From IMG/VR virus record IMGVR_UViG_3300021256_003716: a DNA stretch of 20,000 nt; one strand, 5' to 3'. Of this stretch, positions 8,711 to 16,532 are shown in pieces. The stretch comes from an uncultured virus (IMG/VR IMGVR_UViG_3300021256_003716). Its lineage: Duplodnaviria > Heunggongvirae > Uroviricota > Caudoviricetes. The notes under the pieces were generated by a model. The model was given only the letters and a program-made list of their open reading frames with translations, was not told the origin of the DNA and did not search any database. A program made the position numbers and the translations under genes. The first letter of the stretch is position 1, and every line of letters begins with the position of its first letter.

Positions 8711-9133
8711 ATGTTAGAAGGCATTTGTGACGAAAAAACTTGGAAAAGAGCTATAAATAATAGTGGTTTTGGAAAGCCTAAAGAAGGTTGTCCAGATTTA
8801 GAAGTTGAAAAGCTTCATATGAGGCCTCTTGTAGAGGTCCCATTTAGTTTTAAACACCCTGTTTGCTCTATTATAATAAATACTCAGATAAGAGAGATAA
8901 ATAATAATATCTATAACTTAAAGTCAAAATACTTGGAGAAAGATGTAAATCTTATGTCTGAGGTATATTATGGCAAAACTGACATTAGTAATATAAGTTA
9001 TTGTTCTGATATTGCATTTGATTATATGCATAAATTTAATTCTGATGTAGCAAAAATAGAAGTATCAAAAGAAAAACTACGGGTATATATTCTATCGAAG
9101 TTAGGAGAGGATTGGCTACCGAAAGAAGCTTAA
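8711..9133 (+). CDS. Hypothetical protein
   Basis: 140 aa, SD GGAG. Confidence 0.8.
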   Translation: MLEGICDEKTWKRAINNSGFGKPKEGCPDLEVEKLHMRPLVEVPFSFKHPVCSIIINTQIREINNNIYNLKSKYLEKDVNLMSEVYYGKTDISNISYCSDIAFDYMHKFNSDVAKIEVSKEKLRVYILSKLGEDWLPKEA

Positions 9134-9156
9134 GTGGGCTTGTTAGTATATTTAAT

Positions 9157-9450
9157 ATGAAAAGAAAGTATTATATTTTAAGAACCTGGACGTATGATTC
9201 TAAAGAGCCAGAAACGCCGGTAGAACAAAAAATTGTACATCCAACCAATTTGAGTGTTTATGTAGCAAAACCTATGTTTAAGGACAATCCAATTCCTTAT
9301 ATTACTACATCCCGCTTAAGTGCTTGGAAATTTTCTTCAAAAAAAGAAGCTAAAAAATGGGCTCGTTTTTATGGAAGTTGTCAAATAGACTGCTATTGGG
9401 AAATGTCAGAGAGTAGATTATTGGAAATGGGTAAATGGAATATAGTATAG
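9157..9450 (+). CDS. Hypothetical protein related to the C-terminal half of 5774-6142
   Basis: ATG 9157 (alternative start 9112); YYILRTWTYDSKEPETPVEQK. Confidence 0.7.
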   Translation: MKRKYYILRTWTYDSKEPETPVEQKIVHPTNLSVYVAKPMFKDNPIPYITTSRLSAWKFSSKKEAKKWARFYGSCQIDCYWEMSESRLLEMGKWNIV

Positions 9451-9656
9451 AAAAACCCTGGCAAGTAATGAATAAAGGTCCAGATCATATGGTAGAAAAT
9501 ATAATAGAAATATTTTATTATACTCATAAATTTGAGCCTGTAGTTGAATTAGATACAAAGTATTTTAATGGACTACAAATTTATATGCCAAGATTTTTTG
9601 AAGGAAGAACTCTAATAGGTATTGGTGATAAAATTTATGCATTGAGGAAAGTATAA
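9435..9656 (+). CDS. Hypothetical protein
   Basis: 73 aa, overlapping operon packing. Confidence 0.7.
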   Translation: MEYSIEKPWQVMNKGPDHMVENIIEIFYYTHKFEPVVELDTKYFNGLQIYMPRFFEGRTLIGIGDKIYALRKV

Positions 9657-9884
9657 ATGGATAAATTAGAACCTGATTATAAAACTGAAGAAAATAAAAA
9701 AGTAATAGAAACTATTATGAAGATTTTACCACTTGATGATATTAGTATTATCCCAGGCCCAAATGATATTATATCAACAGAAGAACAAATAAAGGGTCTA
9801 AGAGAATTATATAAAATTCAAACGTGTCTTAACGAATCGAGGAGACAAAAATGTTTGGAAAAACAAGAAGAATCAAAGAATTAG
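9657..9884 (+). CDS. Hypothetical protein
   Basis: 75 aa, SD GAGGA, abuts the previous stop. Confidence 0.75.
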   Translation: MDKLEPDYKTEENKKVIETIMKILPLDDISIIPGPNDIISTEEQIKGLRELYKIQTCLNESRRQKCLEKQEESKN

Positions 9885-10096
9885 AAAAAGAAGTAGAAAA
9901 ACTTAAGTTTTGGGAAGATCAAGGACAAAAGCTCGCTAGAAAAAATTGTGAGCTTGATGATGAAATTGAATATAGAGATATACAAATAAATAAGCTTCAT
10001 GATACTTTAATGAAAGTGTATAGAATGCCAGGAATTAAAAAAGAAATTCTTAGTGAAATAGAAGAAGTTTTGAATTTAAATCCAGAAGGAGAATAA
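9851..10096 (+). CDS. Hypothetical coiled-coil protein
   Basis: 81 aa, SD GAGGAG. Confidence 0.8.
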   Translation: MFGKTRRIKELEKEVEKLKFWEDQGQKLARKNCELDDEIEYRDIQINKLHDTLMKVYRMPGIKKEILSEIEEVLNLNPEGE

Positions 10097-10097
10097 A

Positions 10098-10295
10098 ATG
10101 ATTTCAGCAAATGGACCAATTGAAGTGTATACATATGAGCCAGTTAAGATAAATATAAATACTATTAAAAAAATGGTAAAAGAAGGAAAGTGGGAAGGCT
10201 CATTAGAGCAAGAAGAAGTAGAATATAATATTGAAAATAATTTATATTCTAAAGACTATATAGAAAAAGTAAAAAAAATTTTTAAAAGGCAATAA
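10098..10295 (+). CDS. Hypothetical protein
   Basis: 65 aa, SD AAGGAG. Confidence 0.75.
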   Translation: MISANGPIEVYTYEPVKININTIKKMVKEGKWEGSLEQEEVEYNIENNLYSKDYIEKVKKIFKRQ

Positions 10296-10296
10296 A

Positions 10297-10464
10297 ATGG
10301 TAGGTGTATTAGCTCAAAAGTGGATTAAAGACGAAAAAAATAAAAAGAAGCAAAAAGCAGTTAGTACTAGTGATGCTAAAAAAGATACTAATGAAGCCAT
10401 AATTGAAAAAGACTCTAAAACTTTTGAAGTACTTTATAAATTTGCGGAGCTTATAAATGGATAA
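10297..10464 (+). CDS. Small hypothetical protein (55 aa, not in ORF track)
   Basis: MVGVLAQKW...FAELING*, SD AAGG, fills the gap in the operon. Confidence 0.65.
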   Translation: MVGVLAQKWIKDEKNKKKQKAVSTSDAKKDTNEAIIEKDSKTFEVLYKFAELING

Positions 10465-10624
10465 TAAAACTTTTGAAGAGTTACTTTCTGAAATAAAAAA
10501 TATGACTCCAGAGCAATATAATGAGTATCATAAAGAAGCTCTTAAAATGAAAAAATCATTTGATAAAATGATAGATGCTCTTGAAAGGTCAAGAAAGGAA
10601 AATCAGAATGAGCAAAAGATTTGA
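10457..10624 (+). CDS. Small hypothetical protein (55 aa, not in ORF track)
   Basis: MDNKTFEELL...NEQKI*, SD GGAG, overlaps both neighbours. Confidence 0.7.
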   Translation: MDNKTFEELLSEIKNMTPEQYNEYHKEALKMKKSFDKMIDALERSRKENQNEQKI

Positions 10625-11315
10625 CACGGAAGAGTTTAAAAAACGCCAGCTTGAAAAGCTAAAAAAATCGAAAAAAGAGCAATCTAAAAAAGATAGTCAT
10701 ACCGATCCAGAACTTGAAGATGCTATAGAAAATATATTAGAAAATATGGATGGTCTTTCAGAGCAAGCAAGAGTTGATGAATGGTTATTTATAGAAAAGA
10801 AGGAAAAGAAAACTATGACATTTAATGAAGAAATTGAAAAAGAAATAAATGAATTAAAATCTGGAACTGCATTAGATGATTCTAAAGCATATTTATCTAA
10901 TGAGTTTTACTATGAGAATATTCATGATAAAATTAAATGGGCATCAAATCTTGTAACAGATGGTCCTGTATCAAAACTTGCAATTAGAAGTATTATTGAA
11001 TGGGCATATCGTGAAGGTAAAGCTGATGGTATACTAGAAACTATGAAAAAGCTTGATGCTTATAATAAAGCAGAAAGAGAATTGATGGCTCAGAAAATGC
11101 CAAAATCACCTTTATCGCCTCATCTTGATTTAAGCAAAAATTTAAAAATGCCAAATTTAGAAAAGGATGAGTATACTAAAATATCTGATAAGTTTAAGTA
11201 TAAATGTACAAAATGTGGAAAATTGTTTTCTTCTAATACAATTCTTACATCTCTTCCACCCAAAGTTCAGTGTCCAGAGTGTGGAGAATATGTTATAATA
11301 GGTGGAAGTTTTTAA
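10608..11315 (+). CDS. Hypothetical protein with C-terminal Zn ribbon (CTKC...CPEC)
   Basis: ATG 10608 after AAGGA preferred over 10575; two CxxC pairs. Confidence 0.8.
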   Translation: MSKRFDTEEFKKRQLEKLKKSKKEQSKKDSHTDPELEDAIENILENMDGLSEQARVDEWLFIEKKEKKTMTFNEEIEKEINELKSGTALDDSKAYLSNEFYYENIHDKIKWASNLVTDGPVSKLAIRSIIEWAYREGKADGILETMKKLDAYNKAERELMAQKMPKSPLSPHLDLSKNLKMPNLEKDEYTKISDKFKYKCTKCGKLFSSNTILTSLPPKVQCPECGEYVIIGGSF

Positions 11316-11324
11316 TTCTTAATT

Positions 11325-12125
11325 ATGTTTGTAAAGTCTGACGATAAGGATAAATCTATAGTAGTTGGGTCTCTTGTTGAAATAGGAGAAATTCCTATGA
11401 ATACTAGCTGTGAATATAACGAAACTAGATTAGTAATTACTAATGATGGATATGTAATTTTTATAGATAAAGATAAATTAGATATTCCTAATCAGAGTAC
11501 TTTACCGCAAACATTAAATATGGATAAATATATAAAAAATAATCCTAATTATGTTTTAGTCAAAAGTTGTAGTAGCCTTGTAGATAATATTAAAAAGTTT
11601 GCATTTAGTAGAGAAGATGATTCAATTGAAGATGCTTTATACCATACACCAGAAACAATCGCAATATTAGCAGACGGCTATAAATATAATTATTTATTCT
11701 TAGGACAATACTTTGTGCAAGGCCGACAATTGGGTGGGGCAATTACATCTGCAATTAATAGTTGTCTTAGACCTGAAATAAAAAATAGCATATCAAAAAT
11801 GACTTTTGAAGAAATAAAAAATCATAATCCTAAGACGCCCTATTGTATTTTACTTGGTGATATTCTTTTAAATATTTGTCGTGCAATATGTCAAACTCGC
11901 CTTTATAAGGCCCATATAAGGGATACAAGTGATTCAAAGAGCACTAAGTGGACAACTTGTACAAAAATAATTAATTCTAGTTTATGGAATGAAAAAGAAA
12001 TTCAAAAATTCTTAAAAAATAAAAATCCAAAAGAGACATTTTTCAATTTTATGCCTTGGTTTAAAGATAAATACTATTTTGATCCAGAATTGGAGATGGC
12101 TGTAAATTATTTTAATGAGGTTTAG
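11325..12125 (+). CDS. Hypothetical protein with C-terminal YF motif (MAVNYFNEV)
   Basis: 266 aa ORF. Confidence 0.85.
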   Translation: MFVKSDDKDKSIVVGSLVEIGEIPMNTSCEYNETRLVITNDGYVIFIDKDKLDIPNQSTLPQTLNMDKYIKNNPNYVLVKSCSSLVDNIKKFAFSREDDSIEDALYHTPETIAILADGYKYNYLFLGQYFVQGRQLGGAITSAINSCLRPEIKNSISKMTFEEIKNHNPKTPYCILLGDILLNICRAICQTRLYKAHIRDTSDSKSTKWTTCTKIINSSLWNEKEIQKFLKNKNPKETFFNFMPWFKDKYYFDPELEMAVNYFNEV

Positions 12126-12127
12126 TT

Positions 12128-12400
12128 ATGTTTGACGGAAAAGTTTTTAGGTCTGTTTATAAACTTGATGAAGTAGAAATAAAAGCATTGCCTTATTATT
12201 TTGAAAAACTTAAAAAAGAATGTAAAACTAAATCAGATCTTTGTAAGCATTGTGAGTTTTATGGAACTGAAAAAGGTACAATGTTTATGACTCCTTGCCA
12301 TTTTTGTATAGGTACCACTAGAATGCAATTTCAGCCAATTAATTATGAACTTTATGATGAAGCATTTAAGCAAGGAATAACAGCTCTTTTAATAAATTAA
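12128..12400 (+). CDS. Small Cys-rich protein (CKHC, CHFC)
   Basis: 90 aa, SD GAGG. Confidence 0.8.
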   Translation: MFDGKVFRSVYKLDEVEIKALPYYFEKLKKECKTKSDLCKHCEFYGTEKGTMFMTPCHFCIGTTRMQFQPINYELYDEAFKQGITALLIN

Positions 12401-12402
12401 AA

Positions 12403-12687
12403 ATGAATATACAAGACAATATTGACTATTATAAATTTTTAATAAGGCTCAAGTTATATCACTCTAAAATAAAACTTTCAAAAAAGGATTTTTTAGAACA
12501 TAAATATTTTGAATTTTATGAGCGCGCTAGAGAAGATGGATATATTAAACTTGTTGAAGCAAATGAACCATATGGTCGTTTTTATGGAATAGAAGATATT
12601 GGATTACCAAATTCAGAAATGCTAAAAAATATGCTTAATGTAGATACTATAAATTCTATTAATTATTTTAATAGTTCTCTTTTTTAG
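12403..12687 (+). CDS. Hypothetical protein with near-terminal YF motif (NSINYFNSSLF)
   Basis: 94 aa ORF. Confidence 0.75.
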   Translation: MNIQDNIDYYKFLIRLKLYHSKIKLSKKDFLEHKYFEFYERAREDGYIKLVEANEPYGRFYGIEDIGLPNSEMLKNMLNVDTINSINYFNSSLF

Positions 12688-12715
12688 AATTACTATAATA
12701 AAAGCACATATTATA
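12685..12715 (+). promoter_or_regulatory. Repeated promoter, copy 4
   Basis: TAGAAT(12685-12690; includes the upstream stop)-N18-TATTAT(12709-12714); ATG 4 nt later. Confidence 0.65.
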
Positions 12716-12718
12716 TTT

Positions 12719-13036
12719 ATGAAATTGTTTCTATTATCTTTATTAGGAAAGCCCCTCTCTAATTGGCTTCAGAATTATGCTAATGAACATAATTGTTATG
12801 TTTGTATGGATGAGCCAATGTATTCCCCATTAAGATTTAATTCTTTTATACAAGTGCCTCATATTGTTTTTGATGAAGAAGATGGAGACCATTATTGGGT
12901 ATGTCCTCATCCTAAGCCTTGTAGATATTGTAAGAATAATAAAAAATGTAAACAGCTTGGGGACAAAATTCCGAGAAGACTTAAAAAATTATATAAGTTT
13001 ATAGATTATAAGAAACTTTATATGCCTCAAAAATAA
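12719..13036 (+). CDS. Small Cys-rich protein
   Basis: 105 aa; CYVC, C-x5-CRYC-x5-C; probable leaderless start. Confidence 0.75.
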   Translation: MKLFLLSLLGKPLSNWLQNYANEHNCYVCMDEPMYSPLRFNSFIQVPHIVFDEEDGDHYWVCPHPKPCRYCKNNKKCKQLGDKIPRRLKKLYKFIDYKKLYMPQK

Positions 13037-13061
13037 AAATAATAATTAAGAGGATACTTTT

Positions 13062-13424
13062 ATGAATTTAGCGTTATTTACAGAGAGACTCGAAACAATT
13101 AAAAAGTTAGATAAAAAATTGGATGCGTTAGTAAAGTCTTTTAATGAAAATAACCCTTTTTTGGATGATGCTTGTGGTGTGCGCTCTTCAGCCTTATCTG
13201 ACTTAATTTATGAACATGTATATACATTATTTGTCACAATTATAAAAGAGGGACCCCGCGATTTTATAGAAAAGGGACTTCGTGATTTTATAGAATATTA
13301 TTTATATGACCATAATTATGGCGGAACTATTATAGTTGATTCCATAGAATACAATTTAGAAGATTACTCACAATTATATAATTATTTAAAATTATGTCCC
13401 AACTCATTTTTAGCATTACCATAG
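13062..13424 (+). CDS. Hypothetical protein
   Basis: 120 aa, SD GAGGA. Confidence 0.8.
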   Translation: MNLALFTERLETIKKLDKKLDALVKSFNENNPFLDDACGVRSSALSDLIYEHVYTLFVTIIKEGPRDFIEKGLRDFIEYYLYDHNYGGTIIVDSIEYNLEDYSQLYNYLKLCPNSFLALP

Positions 13425-13441
13425 TCTAGCTACATATTATA
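13411..13441 (+). promoter_or_regulatory. Repeated promoter, copy 5
   Basis: TAGCAT(13411-13416)-N18-TATTAT(13435-13440) within ACATATTATA. Confidence 0.65.
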
Positions 13442-13449
13442 TATAAATT

Positions 13450-13842
13450 ATGATTACAGATAATTGCGAAAATTTTGATAAAGCTCTTAAAAATTGCATT
13501 GTATCAACAATTGGTAGAATGGTAGATGATAATGATTTTAAGGCTATTCGAATTTTTTTACTTGCAGCAGTTTCTGTAGCAAAAGATACTTATTTGTCAT
13601 ATATACCAATAAAGCATGTTAAAGCCTTAGAAAATCTAACAGTCGAACAAATAAATACAGATATAAATAAAATTTTTTGGCCAGAAAATGATTATTTATA
13701 TGTTATTGAGCAAAAGGTTACACCAATTTATAGTCCACTTGGATATAGGAATGTATCAAAAAAGTTTTTGGAAAAAGTTCTTATAGAAGATTTAACAAGT
13801 AAAACAAATGACTATATTGCTTCAATATATTTTGATAGTTAA
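13450..13842 (+). CDS. YF-tail paralog family protein (IASIYFDS)
   Basis: 130 aa; aligns with 13852-14235 and 18315-18674. Confidence 0.85.
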   Translation: MITDNCENFDKALKNCIVSTIGRMVDDNDFKAIRIFLLAAVSVAKDTYLSYIPIKHVKALENLTVEQINTDINKIFWPENDYLYVIEQKVTPIYSPLGYRNVSKKFLEKVLIEDLTSKTNDYIASIYFDS

Positions 13843-13851
13843 AAATAACTT

Positions 13852-14235
13852 ATGAGTAATACAGCTAGAAATCTTGAAGAAGAATTTAAGAAATCTATAC
13901 CACCCTACGAAAAAATATCAGAGGTGGATTTAGAAAAATGCATGCAGTTTTTGCCCTATGCATTGGCGCTAGCAATAGAATGTTATTCTAAATATCTTCC
14001 AAAAGATTCTATAAATAATTCCGAAGTAATTACAAATAAAGAAGCTATACAAATCTCTAATTCATTACTTTGGGAACAGAATAAATTTTTTAGTGAATTA
14101 GAAGAATCCCTATTGCCTATAAGTTGCCCAGGTAAGTGGAGATCAATAATAAAAGATTTTATTGGGAAAATTATTGTTGAAGATTTAATGAATAAATCAA
14201 AAGAAATTGAAGCTTCAATATATTTTGATAATTAG
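13852..14235 (+). CDS. YF-tail paralog family protein (EASIYFDN)
   Basis: 127 aa; tandem paralog of the previous gene. Confidence 0.85.
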   Translation: MSNTARNLEEEFKKSIPPYEKISEVDLEKCMQFLPYALALAIECYSKYLPKDSINNSEVITNKEAIQISNSLLWEQNKFFSELEESLLPISCPGKWRSIIKDFIGKIIVEDLMNKSKEIEASIYFDN

Positions 14236-14254
14236 AGAAAGGAGAAATATAAAA

Positions 14255-14818
14255 ATGGGAAAAACAATTTTTGCAATTATTGATTCAAAGACTCACAAAG
14301 TAGTAGATTCTGTTCAAGCAAGAGAGTCTAGCAAAGCAGTTAAAGAGTTTAAAATGCTTTTTAAGAAGAATTATACAAAACTAAACTGGCATAAGTTTCT
14401 TCCTGAAGAGATTTCAATTTGTGACTTAAAAGAGCTTCGTCCGGACTACAGTGATGTATTTACTTATGATAGTGATTGTATAAGCAATGAAGATTTGAAA
14501 AAATTGGGATATGTTAAGGCTCCAGAAGATTATCATAACATCATCTATTCTTTATTATTTAAGATTCCATATTATAGTATAGATGGTGATATTTATACTC
14601 CAAAAGAATCTTTGGAATATATTAAGAAGATTATATCTACTGAATATAAGCCGCTGGTTATTAAAGGAACTGATGAACCTTATTGGTTTAATGTAGATGG
14701 TAATTTAGTAGCATCTGACAATCCAAATTGGTTTATTCACCTCTTTGAAAAATTCAGAATTGTTAATGAGGCAGCGCTTGTTGATTACAAACCAAAATCT
14801 GTAAAAAAAGCTGAATAA
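14255..14818 (+). CDS. Hypothetical protein
   Basis: ATG 14255 after AAGGAG preferred over 14207. Confidence 0.8.
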   Translation: MGKTIFAIIDSKTHKVVDSVQARESSKAVKEFKMLFKKNYTKLNWHKFLPEEISICDLKELRPDYSDVFTYDSDCISNEDLKKLGYVKAPEDYHNIIYSLLFKIPYYSIDGDIYTPKESLEYIKKIISTEYKPLVIKGTDEPYWFNVDGNLVASDNPNWFIHLFEKFRIVNEAALVDYKPKSVKKAE

Positions 14819-14821
14819 AAA

Positions 14822-15127
14822 ATGAAGAAAGAATTTGTACCGTCTTTAACAAGAAATGCTCCAACTAAAAAGTCAAGACCAAAAGCAGGACCTTTACCGC
14901 CTAACTTGACCAAAAAAGCTGAAAAAACAGTTGAAGATGTTGAAGTTCCAGAATACCCAAAAATAAAAATTGTAAAAGAAGATTTTAATCTTTTTAAAGC
15001 TTTTGGTCCTAAAAAGGATGTATTTGCGGAAAATACTTATAAAATGTTTTGGGCTCAGTTGATTTTTGCTTTATTTATTTTTGGGTCAGGCGTATTAGTT
15101 GGATTAGCAGTTAGAATTCTATTCTAA
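14822..15127 (+). CDS. Protein with C-terminal TM anchor and Pro/Lys-rich N-terminus
   Basis: 101 aa; FWAQLIFALFIFGSGVLVGLAV. Confidence 0.8.
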   Translation: MKKEFVPSLTRNAPTKKSRPKAGPLPPNLTKKAEKTVEDVEVPEYPKIKIVKEDFNLFKAFGPKKDVFAENTYKMFWAQLIFALFIFGSGVLVGLAVRILF

Positions 15128-15141
15128 TAAATAAATAATAA

Positions 15142-15172
15142 AAGCCGGATTTTTAAGTCCGGCTTATTTTTT
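15142..15172. terminator. Bidirectional intrinsic terminator
   Basis: AAGCCGGA/TCCGGCTT stem with A-rich 5' and T-rich 3' flanks, between convergent genes. Confidence 0.85.
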
Positions 15173-15174
15173 AA

Positions 15175-15420
15175 CTATTCAATTTCTGCCCAATAATAGT
15201 GACCACCATAACAGTGGTACTGCGCATATACTTTGTCGCCTTCTTTCTTATAAGGCTCCGTAGTACGCCAAGCAACATTTATATAATGACCGGGATTTTT
15301 CTTGGCTTCCTCAACGCACTTGGCACACTTAACTGAATGACCATAGTGATGATAAGTAACGCTAAATCCGGCCGTTACCATAAGAAATAAAAACAATAAT
15401 AACATTATAATCTTCTTCAC
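15175..15420 (-). CDS. Small secreted Cys/His protein with signal peptide
   Basis: GTG start with SD AAGGA; MKKIIMLLLFLFLMVTAGFS; H-x3-CAKC ... HCYGGH. Confidence 0.8.
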   Translation of the reverse strand: MKKIIMLLLFLFLMVTAGFSVTYHHYGHSVKCAKCVEEAKKNPGHYINVAWRTTEPYKKEGDKVYAQYHCYGGHYYWAEIE

Positions 15421-15508
15421 TTTATTTTTCCTTTTATTTTTAATTATATTTTAATATATATTTTATATTAGCTAAGAATAGTATAACAAGAATAATAGGT
15501 AACATACA

Positions 15509-15539
15509 TAGACTTAAATAAATTTACTTATATATTATA
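15509..15539 (+). promoter_or_regulatory. Repeated promoter, copy 6
   Basis: TAGACT(15509-15514)-N18-TATTAT(15533-15538); ATG 4 nt later. Confidence 0.75.
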
Positions 15540-15542
15540 TAT

Positions 15543-15971
15543 ATGTATGAGTTAACTATAGATAAATTTAACAGACTTGAGAGTGTTATAGAACAATTTT
15601 GGTTAACGCCACGTGATAAAAAACTATATGAAATTATATTTTATTCTGATGATTTTAAAAACCTTTATACTGATATAATGTATAATAAAGAAGAGTACCT
15701 TACTTATGGTCTAAAGGATATGCTTTATGATTGTCAGTTAGGAAAGTTTATGGAACCAATGCCAGTGGCAATATCTAATTGTGATTTTTTTGCAACGCAG
15801 CTTATAGATAAATTACGAAATGATAGCCTTAAGGAGTTATTTAGAAATTACGATAATTATCATAAAGGTATTTTCAACGGTTTTAGAACTTTTTTAATAA
15901 TGGAATTAAGTAATGCATTTCTGAATGACCTTATAGGACAAAAGTTTTTACCTGCTTTATATTTTGATTAG
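15543..15971 (+). CDS. YF-tail paralog family protein (LPALYFD)
   Basis: 142 aa; FLIMELSNAFLND shared with 16084 and 16533. Confidence 0.85.
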   Translation: MYELTIDKFNRLESVIEQFWLTPRDKKLYEIIFYSDDFKNLYTDIMYNKEEYLTYGLKDMLYDCQLGKFMEPMPVAISNCDFFATQLIDKLRNDSLKELFRNYDNYHKGIFNGFRTFLIMELSNAFLNDLIGQKFLPALYFD

Positions 15972-15999
15972 ACTTATAAGAATTTATTTATATATTATA
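15969..15999 (+). promoter_or_regulatory. Repeated promoter, copy 7
   Basis: TAGACT(15969-15974; includes the upstream stop)-N18-TATTAT(15993-15998). Confidence 0.75.
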
Positions 16000-16005
16000 T
16001 ATAAT

Positions 16006-16074
16006 ATGGATTGGGTTATTAGTATAAAAAATATATTAGGTAATATAAATTTATTACAGATGTATTTTAACTAG
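16006..16074 (+). CDS. 22-aa micropeptide MDWVISIKNILGNINLLQMYFN with YF motif (not in ORF track)
   Basis: ATG 7 nt after the promoter -10; ends ATG TAT TTT AAC TAG. Confidence 0.65.
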   Translation: MDWVISIKNILGNINLLQMYFN

Positions 16075-16083
16075 GGGTATATT

Positions 16084-16524
16084 TTGGCTAAGTACGGGTT
16101 TTATTGTTGGGGCTTATTAGAAGGAATTCTTAAAAGTGCAAATACCCCTGAAAGAGAAATTGAAAATTGTTATATTGCGTATTATACAGGGTCTCTTGAA
16201 GCAAAATTATTAGATCTTATAATAAATAGAAATAGCTGCTTTAATGAACTTACACAAGAGTCACATGATGTGCTTAAAACTTGGGATTATACTCTTAATA
16301 AAGAAAATTTAATAAAGGCTATAAATTGGTGTGATAGTCTTGCAATAAGTATAGAAGCTGTTAATGCGTCTGAAATTATCGAGTCATATAAAGATCATTA
16401 TGCATTAAGTAAAAAATCTATACAAGCAATTAAGCAGTATTTTATAATGTGGCTAAGTAATTCATTCTTAAATGATATACTGACGGCACAAGATAATTTA
16501 TCAGACTTATATTTTGGTGACTAG
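16084..16524 (+). CDS. YF-tail paralog family protein (LSDLYFGD)
   Basis: 146 aa, TTG start after AGGGG; YFIMWLSNSFLND. Confidence 0.8.
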   Translation: MAKYGFYCWGLLEGILKSANTPEREIENCYIAYYTGSLEAKLLDLIINRNSCFNELTQESHDVLKTWDYTLNKENLIKAINWCDSLAISIEAVNASEIIESYKDHYALSKKSIQAIKQYFIMWLSNSFLNDILTAQDNLSDLYFGD

Positions 16525-16532
16525 GAAGAAGT

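Noticed and set aside
15450..15485. Copy of the repeated promoter on the minus strand for gene 15175-15420
   Set aside because: A TATACT is present (15485-15480) but there is no TATTATA at 18-bp spacing; cannot be called.
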